Below the pieces are notes generated by a model that had not been told where the DNA came from, ran no database searches, and worked only from the letters and a program-made list of their open reading frames with translations. From Acidobacteriota bacterium (GTDB lineage Bacteria > Acidobacteriota > CAIWXX01), in the NCBI GenBank assembly GCA_040755995.1, contig JBFMAF010000008.1, positions 32,001 to 96,000 on the forward strand: a stretch of DNA of 64,000 bases, given 5' to 3'. This document shows positions 48,694 through 57,784 of this stretch, piece by piece. How positions within the stretch are numbered: the first letter of the stretch is position 1; every line of letters begins with the position of its first letter. The position numbers were made by a program, and so were the translations under genes.

Positions 48694-50976
48694 CTAGAAA
48701 AGAAGTCTAAGTGTCAGCCGTGTGTTCCGGCCTGCGCTGAGAGCGTATTGCTTATACGTGTCCAGGAAATCCTTGTACGACTTGTTGGCCAGATTGCCGA
48801 TCCAGAGATCGATGCAGAGCACGCTCTTCCCAAGTTCCCGTTTCCCGCCGGCCGCCAGGTCAAAAAGAACGTAGCTTTCCGTATCCAGGGGGAAGGGTTC
48901 GTCTGGGCCAGCGATTGTTCCCCTCCCGGTCCAGGTAGAGCGGAGCTCAACGAAGGGGCTCGACCAACTCCCCACTGCGAAGTCGTGGATCCGAACACTG
49001 AAACCGGCACGGACTGGGGGCGTGAAAGGGAGGCGCTTACCGGTATCGTCGTTATGGGTCTGCAGGGTTTCACCCAGTGCACGCAGGGACAGAAATGGCG
49101 TGGCGTCCATCTCGATCCTGCCCTCCACCCCGCTGACGACAGCGTCGCTTTGGTCAAACGTGCTCACCGGAAGGCCCCCGATCGTCTCGCCGGTCAGCCG
49201 GAGATAGATGTAGTTTGCGAATACAGCGCGATAAACAGCCACCGATCCCCGCACTCGCTCGTGATCGCATCGGAGCGTGAATTCGGTGTTGAGGTTGGTT
49301 TCCTCCTGGAGATTCGGGTTGCCTTTCTCGTAGAGCTGCACCCCGTCGTGCGGTCCGTTGGCGAAGAGCTCGAACTCCGAGGGATTTCGCCAACCCCGGC
49401 TGATGCTGACACCAGTGGAAATGACCCGATTGAAACGATACACGACTCCCGCACCCCCGGTCAACGCCTGATAGGTTTTCTCAAACTTGTCGGGAATGCT
49501 CAGTATGGTGTCCGCCGGCACATCCAGGGTCCGGCGGTCGATGCGGAGCCCCGCGTTGAGGGTCCAGTGATCGAACTTCTCCCTTCGGCCGAAGCCGGCT
49601 TCCTCGAAAACCATGGCTGACCATGTCCTGTTTTCGTAATAGGGCAGTAGCTTGACCGGGCCGAACGTTTCATTGCTTTGGCGGCTATGTTCCAGTCGAA
49701 CGACGCCCCGCGCCAGCGGACCCACTGGATTATGCTGGAAAGATGCCCGGTACAACTGGGTGTCGAGCTCGAGATCCACTTTTGCCCCATGGCTCCGCCC
49801 CAGGGGGAACGCGCGGCGGATGTTCCGGGAAAGATTGGCGTCCAACTGCAGCAGTCCCCACGTCGCAGGCAGGGAGGCAGCCACACCACCAATCTCGTTT
49901 TGGAGGCCCAGACGGAAATTCGGCTGGAGTGGAATGTAGAACCCCAAGTCGTTTTGCCAATGCCGGAAATGCCCTGTGACCATCATGCCTTTCTCGGACT
50001 GATAACCGCCTTCCAGCGAAGCGGATTGCTGATCGTAGTCGGTGTTGGGGAGGTCTCCGGCCGGCGTTCCCATGTTGCCCGTTGCCCGGTGCGTCAGTGA
50101 GGCGCGCCCGGCGAAGCCTGCGCGGCCACCATCGATCTGTGCGTGGAGGATCTTGGCTCCGTTGACACCAGCGTATCCAAGGATACCTTCCCCGCTGAAC
50201 ACCGGCCGATCATCCACCGGGAATGGGAGCGGCGCGGAGACTAGATTGACGACACCACCGATGGCCTGCGTTCCGTACAGCACGCTGGCAGGCCCGCTGA
50301 CGACTTCGATGCGATCGGCCTCGTAGGGTTCGATGTTCGCCATGTGTCGGCGGCTGAACTGGAAATAGTCATGGAAAATACCGTTGCTGAGGACCCGGAT
50401 GCGTTCATTGGTCTGGCCCCTGATCATCGGGACACCACTTGCATCTCCGGTGGATATGTTGCGCACACCCGGAACATCCTTGATCGCCTCCCCGATTGAG
50501 AGTCCTGAACGGGTGCGGACGCTTCCGGCATCGACCGCGTACGTAGTTTGCGCCACAGCCAGACTTTCCGCCTTCCATGGAGCGGCGGTCACGGTAACGG
50601 ATTCGGAAATGACAGGCAACGGCCGGGCGGCCAGCTGAATTTCAGCAGCAGAGGGAACTTCAATCCTGAACTGTTCCGGCACGAACTTCGCACTGGACAG
50701 GGCCAACGTGAACTGCCCCGGAGGGATATCTGCAAAACTGAACCGGCCTTCGGAGTCGGTAAGCGTCGACAAACCCAGCTCGGCCAACTCAACCGTAATG
50801 CCGGCGACCGGGTCCCCCGTACCCGCTCGGACCACGCGACCGAAGACCTCGGAACCGGACTCCTCTGCCAACAGCGTCAATGGTGTGAACACCGAGAGAA
50901 GCGCGGCACCAGTGCAAAAGAAGAGTACAATCGCAATCCTAGCTGTCGATGGATCTCTTGCAAACCTAAGTGACAT
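48694..50976 (-). CDS. TonB-dependent receptor
   Basis: VTVTA, VPGV, PMIRG, IEVVSGPASVLYG, ELFANGPH, terminal Phe; AGGAGG RBS. Confidence 0.9.
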   Translation of the reverse strand: MSLRFARDPSTARIAIVLFFCTGAALLSVFTPLTLLAEESGSEVFGRVVRAGTGDPVAGITVELAELGLSTLTDSEGRFSFADIPPGQFTLALSSAKFVPEQFRIEVPSAAEIQLAARPLPVISESVTVTAAPWKAESLAVAQTTYAVDAGSVRTRSGLSIGEAIKDVPGVRNISTGDASGVPMIRGQTNERIRVLSNGIFHDYFQFSRRHMANIEPYEADRIEVVSGPASVLYGTQAIGGVVNLVSAPLPFPVDDRPVFSGEGILGYAGVNGAKILHAQIDGGRAGFAGRASLTHRATGNMGTPAGDLPNTDYDQQSASLEGGYQSEKGMMVTGHFRHWQNDLGFYIPLQPNFRLGLQNEIGGVAASLPATWGLLQLDANLSRNIRRAFPLGRSHGAKVDLELDTQLYRASFQHNPVGPLARGVVRLEHSRQSNETFGPVKLLPYYENRTWSAMVFEEAGFGRREKFDHWTLNAGLRIDRRTLDVPADTILSIPDKFEKTYQALTGGAGVVYRFNRVISTGVSISRGWRNPSEFELFANGPHDGVQLYEKGNPNLQEETNLNTEFTLRCDHERVRGSVAVYRAVFANYIYLRLTGETIGGLPVSTFDQSDAVVSGVEGRIEMDATPFLSLRALGETLQTHNDDTGKRLPFTPPVRAGFSVRIHDFAVGSWSSPFVELRSTWTGRGTIAGPDEPFPLDTESYVLFDLAAGGKRELGKSVLCIDLWIGNLANKSYKDFLDTYKQYALSAGRNTRLTLRLLF

Positions 50977-51133
50977 GGTTGCCTCCTGTGTCAATCATTC
51001 TGGTGACACAATTAAAGTATCGTCAGTTCTTTCATTATGAAGATGCTCATCCCCCACACTTCTGTACGCCTCCCCTGAAACGGCGGGGTACAAGTATGTT
51101 GGCTAAGCGAAACCGGACGAGCAGGCGGAGGGG

Positions 51134-51406
51134 TCAGGCGGGGGGAGGTGAGCGGGAGATGGGCACGACGACAGCTGCCTGGCGAGGCGGTGGCATCCCG
51201 ATCTGCCCTAGCAGTTCCACCACGTCCAGTTGCCATGGTGGGCTCAGGTCCACATCCTGAGCCGTACCGAGCGACTGGCAATAGATGCAGGCGGGACAGT
51301 CGTCGTTCGCGCAGATGTCCTTTTCTGTGTGCGAGGCATCGACGGAAGCCAGGACGAACAAGAACGCGGCCAGGAAGGACGCAATGGCCCATCTGTTTCG
51401 GCCCAT
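51134..51406 (-). CDS. Leader protein, DUF2946/CruR-like (CPAC, C-terminal RSPP), copy 2
   Basis: Hydrophobic N-terminus, SHTE, CPAC, PISRSPPPA. Confidence 0.75.
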   Translation of the reverse strand: MGRNRWAIASFLAAFLFVLASVDASHTEKDICANDDCPACIYCQSLGTAQDVDLSPPWQLDVVELLGQIGMPPPRQAAVVVPISRSPPPA

Positions 51407-51607
51407 CACGCGCACTCCATTTGAATCAGATTTCGCCCCTTCCTTGGCTGCCTCGAACGGCAGGCGCTTTTCGCAATGGACATGGTGAGGGGAAGAGGTG
51501 ATGAGCTATGCCGGTGCCGTTCAGCTTCACCACATGTCACCGCGTCCACTGCATGACTGAATCACGATACCCTGTGGCTACAGAGTCCATAGCAGCCACC
51601 GCCTCCT

Positions 51608-54600
51608 TCATGCCTCGGGCCCCTTGCGTCTCAACGCCACCTTGCCCATCGCCTCGTACAGCACGGGAACCACGATCAGGCGCAGGAGAATCGCGAAGAG
51701 GAAGCCGCCGATGTAGACGACGGCCAGCGGCCTGTGTAGCTCCGCCCCGGTGGATCTTGTCAAGGCGAGCGGCAGAACGCCCATGATCATTACCACGTCG
51801 GTGAGAAAGATCGGCCTGAACTTTGTCAGCGCCCCCTGCAGCACGGCCTCACGCAGCGCGAGTCCCTGCTTCACGAGGCCGTTGATCTTGGCCACCAGAA
51901 TCACGTCGTTCTGAACACAGATGCCGAAGAGAGCGATCAGGCCTATGGTGGAGGAGACGTTGATGGTCTGTCCTGTCACCCAGAGCGCAAGGATTCCACC
52001 GATCAAGGTCGAGGGGATGTTCAAGACGATCAGCAGCGACTGCCAGATCGATCCCAGCGAGGAGAACAGTATCACGAAGACGATCAGGATCACGATGATC
52101 ATGACGTAGGTGAGGTGCCTCATCGCGCGCTGCTGGCCTTCGAACTGGCCCCCGAACGTGACGAAGTAGCCGGGTGGCAGGAGCACATCCTCGGAGATCC
52201 TCCTCCGCGCATCTTCCACAAAGCTCCCGATGTCCCGCCCGATGACGTTGCACAGGATGATCTTCCGCCGCATGAGGTTTTCGCGGAGGATAGTCTGAGG
52301 CCCCTCGCTCCTGCTGATCGTCGCGAGGTCTGCGAGTGGGATTCGTACTCCGGACGGCGTGTCCACCAGAAGGCTGCGGATGGCGTCCTCGTCGTTGCGA
52401 TACTGATCAGGCAGGCGTATCAACACGGATGTCACCCTGTCCTCTTCGTAGACGTCCGTGACTTCGATCCCGTTCAGCGCGGTCTCGATCAGGTCGGCAA
52501 TCTGGCCGACGGGGATGCCATGCCTGCCGAGCTCCTGCCGCTCCAGCTGGATGACGAGCTGAGGCACGCCGGTGGTCTGCTCGATCTGGAGATCTGCCAC
52601 CCCGTCGATCTCTGCTATCACACCGCGGATCTCCTTGATCTTCTCGGTCAGAACCGCAAGGTTCGGCCCGAAGAGCTTGACGGAGAGCTGGCCCTCGGTT
52701 CCGGTTAGCATCTCGGCGAGCTTGTTGGCGATCGGCTGCTCGAAGATGTAGGCGATGCCCGGCAGCTTGTCCAGCTCGGTTCGCATCGCCTCGATGACCT
52801 CTTCGATGCTCCGTTCCCGGCCCTCCTGGGGCAGGAGCTGGATGTTATAGTGACTGTGGCCGACCGGGTGCAGATGCTCGGATGCCTCGGCCGTGCCCGT
52901 CATTCTCGAAACCGACACCACCTCGGGGAAAGACATGAAAATCGACTCGATCTTGGTCCCCATCTTCACCGATTCCTCGAGCGAAGTCTCCGGCAGCATC
53001 ACGGTGGACGCCATGATGGCACCCTCGTCCAAAGGCGGTACGAACTCCTTGCCGAGGAAGTGGAGTCCGATTCCTGCCACCGCGATGAGCAGCAGGAACG
53101 CCGTGATGATCTTGCCCTTGTGATCGAGCGCTCGAAGCAGAAGTGACCGGTAGGCGGAGGCCAAGCCGACGATCATCGGGTTGGGCCTGTTCTTGAGAGA
53201 GCCCCGGCTCAGGAGAACGGCCGCCAGAATGGGCTGCAGCGTCAGATTCAGAATCATCGCACCGAAAAGCGCCCCGGCCACGGCGAAGGCGGTCGGATGG
53301 AACATCGCGCCCTCGATACCCTGGAGCGTCAGGAGCGGCACAAAGACCAGGATGATGATCAAACTCGCAGAAAAGAGGTAGCTTCCCACCTCCCTGGCCG
53401 CCGCCGAAACCAGTTCGGTGCCGGAGCGTGAGGAGCGGCCGGTGTTCTCCTGGAGTATCCTGACGATGTTCTCGACCATGATGATGGACCCGTTGGCCAT
53501 CTTTCCGATTCCGATGGCGAGACCGCCGATGGACATGACGGTCAACTTGATCCCGAAGAGGTCCATGAGCACCAGCGCGATCAGGATGGAAAAAGGGATC
53601 GTGAGGGATGCGATGAGGGAGCTGCGCACGTTCCACATGAAGAACATCATCACGAGGATGATGAGGATCGCCCCTTCCAGGATCGAAATCTCCAGGTGCT
53701 CAATAGATCTGACGATCAAGATCGATTGGTCATAGAAGGGCTTGATGGTGATGTTCCTGGGCAGGTCCCTGGAGACTTGCGCGATCGCGTTCTTGATGTT
53801 CGCGATGGCGTTGAGGGTGTCCCCGCCATACTGCTTCTCGACGGTGACGTAGACAGCCTCCTTCCCATTGTGCCCCGCCGACTCGCGCCTGAACTTGCTC
53901 CCGATCTTCACCTCCGCCACGTCCTTCACGAAGACGGGCACATTGTCGCGCGACGTGATGAGGGTGTTCTGGATGTGATCGAGGGTCTCCATCCGGCCCA
54001 GCCCCTTGATAAGTATCTCCTGGGACCCCTTCGAGATGATCCCTCCCGAGAAGTTGCGATTGTTGGCCCCGATCGCCTCCCTGACCTCCTCGATCGTTAT
54101 GTCATAGTGCGTGAGCATGTCCGGCTTGAGATAGACCTGGTATTGTTTGATGAACCCGCCGAGATTGATGATGAAGGCCATGCCGGGCACACCCTGCAGC
54201 CGGTAGCGCACCGTCCAGTCGGCCACGGAGCGAAGCTCGAGCGGATCTGCACCTTCCCCGACGACCGCGAACTCGAAGACCTCGCCCATCCGCGACGAGA
54301 CCGGGCCGAGAATCGGCTCGGTCGTTCCAACCGGCAGGCGCCCCGCAATCAGCTCCAACTTGCTCGCGACGATCTGCCGCGCCAGGTAGATGTCCGTGTC
54401 CCAGTCGAATTCGACCGTGACCACCGAATCGCCCGTCGCCGATTCGGACCGCACCCGAGTCACGTGCGGCGCCCCGGACATGAGGCTCTCGAGCGGAAAC
54501 GATATCAACCGCTCGACGTCCTCAGAGGCCATCCCGGGGTTCTCGGTGATGATGGTTACGAGCGGCGCATTGAGGTCAGGGTAGATATCCTTTGGGATTC

Positions 54601-54697
54601 GTATGTAGACAACGACCCCCCAGATGCAGACAAGGAGCAGCAGGAGGACCGTGAGCAGCTTGTGTCTGAGAGAGAAATCGATCAGGCGGCCGATCAT
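51608..54697 (-). CDS. CusA/CzcA-like heavy-metal RND permease
   Basis: 1029 aa; DIYPDL, EFVPPLDEG, GGQFE, GAELHRPLAVVYIGG. Confidence 0.92.
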   Translation of the reverse strand: MIGRLIDFSLRHKLLTVLLLLLVCIWGVVVYIRIPKDIYPDLNAPLVTIITENPGMASEDVERLISFPLESLMSGAPHVTRVRSESATGDSVVTVEFDWDTDIYLARQIVASKLELIAGRLPVGTTEPILGPVSSRMGEVFEFAVVGEGADPLELRSVADWTVRYRLQGVPGMAFIINLGGFIKQYQVYLKPDMLTHYDITIEEVREAIGANNRNFSGGIISKGSQEILIKGLGRMETLDHIQNTLITSRDNVPVFVKDVAEVKIGSKFRRESAGHNGKEAVYVTVEKQYGGDTLNAIANIKNAIAQVSRDLPRNITIKPFYDQSILIVRSIEHLEISILEGAILIILVMMFFMWNVRSSLIASLTIPFSILIALVLMDLFGIKLTVMSIGGLAIGIGKMANGSIIMVENIVRILQENTGRSSRSGTELVSAAAREVGSYLFSASLIIILVFVPLLTLQGIEGAMFHPTAFAVAGALFGAMILNLTLQPILAAVLLSRGSLKNRPNPMIVGLASAYRSLLLRALDHKGKIITAFLLLIAVAGIGLHFLGKEFVPPLDEGAIMASTVMLPETSLEESVKMGTKIESIFMSFPEVVSVSRMTGTAEASEHLHPVGHSHYNIQLLPQEGRERSIEEVIEAMRTELDKLPGIAYIFEQPIANKLAEMLTGTEGQLSVKLFGPNLAVLTEKIKEIRGVIAEIDGVADLQIEQTTGVPQLVIQLERQELGRHGIPVGQIADLIETALNGIEVTDVYEEDRVTSVLIRLPDQYRNDEDAIRSLLVDTPSGVRIPLADLATISRSEGPQTILRENLMRRKIILCNVIGRDIGSFVEDARRRISEDVLLPPGYFVTFGGQFEGQQRAMRHLTYVMIIVILIVFVILFSSLGSIWQSLLIVLNIPSTLIGGILALWVTGQTINVSSTIGLIALFGICVQNDVILVAKINGLVKQGLALREAVLQGALTKFRPIFLTDVVMIMGVLPLALTRSTGAELHRPLAVVYIGGFLFAILLRLIVVPVLYEAMGKVALRRKGPEA

Positions 54698-54712
54698 TCG
54701 CTCTTCCCCGCC

Positions 54713-56068
54713 TCAGTGAACATGGGCCTGTTTCAGCTCCTCATCCAGGAGCTTGCTCTTGAGCTGGTAGCTGCCGGCGGTCACGACCTTCTCTCCCGGC
54801 TCGATCCCGTCGAGGATCTCGTAGAAGCCGTTCTCCCTGCAGCCGACAGCTACGGCCCTCGGCTCGAACCCTCCGTCGACACTCAGAAAGACCATCTTCT
54901 CGCCACGGTCGTCCAGCACAGCCTCCACCGGCAGCGCCAGAACCTCTGTCGGCTGGTCAAGGTAGATCGTAACGTCGGCGAACATCCCGGCCTTCAGCTG
55001 CTGGCCTCTGTTGTCGACCTGAGTGCGCATGGTGATGGTCCGCGTGTCCTCCTTCAGGACGTCGCCGACGTACGTCACGCGGCCCTCGAATCTCTCTGCC
55101 GGATACGCAGGCACCGAAACCTGGACCTCCTGCCCCACTCGGATTCTCGACACATCTCTCTCGTAGATCTCCGCATCGATCCAGAGAACGGTCGGGTCCA
55201 TGATGACGAAGATCTCCGTGGTCTGGTCCACCATGCCGCCCAGAATAGCCTTGGTGTCGATGACCTTGCCGCTCAACGGAGAGTGCAGGGTGATCACGGC
55301 ATTGATCTGGTGGCTCTTGTCCATCTCCAAAACTTGTGCCTCGGTGAAGCCCAGCACATGGAGCTTCTTCTCCGCTGCATTCAACGTAGCCTCCGCCGCC
55401 TTGAATGAGGCCTCGCTCTGCAACACGTCCTTCTCGGCACCCACGCCGCGATTGAACAGCAGGCGCTCGCGCTCGAGGCTCCGATTCGCCAGCTCGTGGT
55501 CCGCTCTCGCCTTGTAGAACTCGGACCTGGCGTTGCCAACCTCCTCGCTCTCGAGCGTCACCAGCTCCTGTCCCGCCCTCACCCAATCGCCGAGGGACAC
55601 GTGGATCTCCGAAACCCTGGCAGAGAAAGCGTAGCTGACGATGGCCTTCTTCTTCTGCGGAATGAGGACCTTCCCCATCGCCTTGAGCTGCGAGCGCATC
55701 GGCCGCCGCCCGACCTCGGCGGTCTTGATCTCGACTGCCCCTTGCTCAGCCTCGGAAAGCTCCACCAGCGGCACCGCATCGTGCTGCCATCCACGGCCCC
55801 ATCGCCGGCTATGGCGGTGAGCGGCGTCACGGAGCGCGCCGGCGGCGTTGTTCAATGCCTGTGTCTGCCCGGACACGGGTTGGACTGTCTCCTTCTCGGA
55901 GGACGCGGCCTGCCCGGTCCGCGCGACCCCGTTCGTTGTTCTCGTACATCCAGGAGCAGCCGCACACGTGGCCAGCACGGCCAGGATGTGAACCACACGC
56001 GGGACCTGATGCAAGGCGTTGCGGTCCGAGCGGGATATCATGGATTTGAAACCAGAATTCCTATTCAT
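54713..56068 (-). CDS. RND periplasmic adaptor (CzcB/CusB family)
   Basis: GDWVRAGQEL, SPLSGKV, TRTITMR, LKAGMFA, GEKVVTAG. Confidence 0.9.
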   Translation of the reverse strand: MNRNSGFKSMISRSDRNALHQVPRVVHILAVLATCAAAPGCTRTTNGVARTGQAASSEKETVQPVSGQTQALNNAAGALRDAAHRHSRRWGRGWQHDAVPLVELSEAEQGAVEIKTAEVGRRPMRSQLKAMGKVLIPQKKKAIVSYAFSARVSEIHVSLGDWVRAGQELVTLESEEVGNARSEFYKARADHELANRSLERERLLFNRGVGAEKDVLQSEASFKAAEATLNAAEKKLHVLGFTEAQVLEMDKSHQINAVITLHSPLSGKVIDTKAILGGMVDQTTEIFVIMDPTVLWIDAEIYERDVSRIRVGQEVQVSVPAYPAERFEGRVTYVGDVLKEDTRTITMRTQVDNRGQQLKAGMFADVTIYLDQPTEVLALPVEAVLDDRGEKMVFLSVDGGFEPRAVAVGCRENGFYEILDGIEPGEKVVTAGSYQLKSKLLDEELKQAHVH

Positions 56069-57324
56069 TAATCATCTCCTACTTGTGGCTCGCCAACCGC
56101 CCTCTCCAGCGCAGCCAGCGCCACCGAATACTCGGAACGGGAGTCCGCGTAGGACTTGCGTGTTTCGATCAGCGTCCGCCGGGACTCGATCAAGTCAATG
56201 CCTGCCGCGCCGCCGTGAAGGTAGCTGAACAGCAGCATGTCATACGCCTCCTCGGCCTGCGACAGCATTTCCTCCTCGAAGAGCGCTATCTGCTCGGCGG
56301 CGGACGCGGCGCTCCGATACGCATCCTCCACCTCCAGAGAGATCAGGTTCAGCGTGTGCTCCGCTTCGCGCCTCGCCGCCTCAAGGTTCGCCTCCGCCTC
56401 GCGGACCTCACCTCTCTTCGGCTGCCAGAAGAACAGCGGCACGGGGAACGAGATCGCGAAGTCCCACGTCGACTCCTCTCCCGCGATCCGGTGGCGAGAC
56501 AGCCCCACATCGAAATCGGGCAGATAGCTCAGATACCCCTGCTTGCGCCGGAGCGTTTCCTTTTCTACGGAGGCCTGCGCTCGCCGCGCCTCCGGCCGAG
56601 ACGCAGAGGCTCTCTGCCTGAGCTCTTCGACGGGTGGAATCTCTGCCCTCGGCTTGAACTCCCCGTCAATCTCCAGAGGATCGTCGGTACCTCTGGCCAG
56701 CAAGTAGTTGAGGCGGGCCTTCGCGAGCCTGATGTCGCGCATGGCAGCTTGAGCGGTGTTGGCTGCCTTTGACGCTTCCACCCGCGCCCGAAGGACCTCC
56801 ACTCTGGGCGCATCCCCGGCCTCGAACTTCACCCTCGTCTTGTCGAGAAAATCGTTGGCAAGATCGCGGTCCTCCTCGCTGTGACGCAGCTTCTCCATGG
56901 CGAGGAGAAGCCCGTAGAAGGCCTCCTTGATCTCGTATGTGATCTGCAATCTCCACAGGTCAAGATCGGCGAGTGCCTCCTGGGATTCTCGAACGGCTAT
57001 CCCGCCACGGGTTGCGCGTTTCCCCGGAAACTCGAATGTCTGGGAGATACCGAGATAGGACTCTCCTGAGTGGCCAAGCTGGAAAGGGCCGGGCTGGAGA
57101 TCCGAATCGATGTCGATCGACGGCTGTGGCAGCGCCTTCGCCTGTTGAATCCTCGCCAACGATGCCCGGTACATCTCCCCGGCCGATCGGACCAGCGGAT
57201 TCCTTGCGAGCGCCAGCGAGACGCAATCCGCGAGGGACAACCGCTGAGGCGTGCCCTCGCCATGAAGAACCGCCGCCGGTACGACTTGGGCCAATAATAG
57301 TAGACAAACAGCTACCCGCTGCAC
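56068..57324 (-). CDS. TolC/CzcC family outer membrane protein
   Basis: Signal peptide, ALARNP, YLPDF, LERAVG; AGGAGG before GTG. Confidence 0.9.
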   Translation of the reverse strand: MQRVAVCLLLLAQVVPAAVLHGEGTPQRLSLADCVSLALARNPLVRSAGEMYRASLARIQQAKALPQPSIDIDSDLQPGPFQLGHSGESYLGISQTFEFPGKRATRGGIAVRESQEALADLDLWRLQITYEIKEAFYGLLLAMEKLRHSEEDRDLANDFLDKTRVKFEAGDAPRVEVLRARVEASKAANTAQAAMRDIRLAKARLNYLLARGTDDPLEIDGEFKPRAEIPPVEELRQRASASRPEARRAQASVEKETLRRKQGYLSYLPDFDVGLSRHRIAGEESTWDFAISFPVPLFFWQPKRGEVREAEANLEAARREAEHTLNLISLEVEDAYRSAASAAEQIALFEEEMLSQAEEAYDMLLFSYLHGGAAGIDLIESRRTLIETRKSYADSRSEYSVALAALERAVGEPQVGDD

Positions 57325-57403
57325 TTCTATACACCTCCTGGAAAAGCGTGATGAACGAGATGTAACTGTCTCTGGTGACCCGATCTACGGGCGAAAGGAG
57401 GCT

Positions 57404-57685
57404 TCAGAAAGTGGGAGGCGAGCGGGAGAGCGGAGCGAACAGAACGGCCTGACAGTGCCAGCTAACCTCGACGGGCTCCAGCTGTTCGACCACAGCCAGT
57501 CGACAGGCCGGTATGATGTCAGCGTGCTGGGCTGTTGCCAGTGACTGGCCGTAGACTCCAGCAGGGCACTGGTCGTTGTCATTGGAGCTGATGTACTCCT
57601 CGGTGTGAGACAGGTTGACGCAGGCCAGAACGAAAACGAAGACGGCCAACGTGGGCCAATTCAACCACCTCGTTCGTCTCGTCAT
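57404..57685 (-). CDS. Leader protein, DUF2946/CruR-like (CPAG, C-terminal RSPP), copy 1
   Basis: Hydrophobic N-terminus, SHTE, CPAG, PLSRSPPTF; 79 bp upstream of tolC. Confidence 0.72.
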   Translation of the reverse strand: MTRRTRWLNWPTLAVFVFVLACVNLSHTEEYISSNDNDQCPAGVYGQSLATAQHADIIPACRLAVVEQLEPVEVSWHCQAVLFAPLSRSPPTF

Positions 57686-57784
57686 GCCTACTCCGGTAAC
57701 TACTCTACCCAACATCCGGCCAGGCCGTCAACGGAATTCTAGACTGTTGCAAGATGCTACACCTACTGCTATGCTTTGCCGCTG

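Noticed and set aside
51430..51590. Possible decayed YHS-like gene after the RND permease
   Set aside because: Good SD but stop after 17 codons; key Cys motifs absent
53696..55408. Long antisense ORFs (also 6006-7250, 15397-16482, 60772-62169)
   Set aside because: Shadows of well-supported opposite-strand genes in GC-rich DNA
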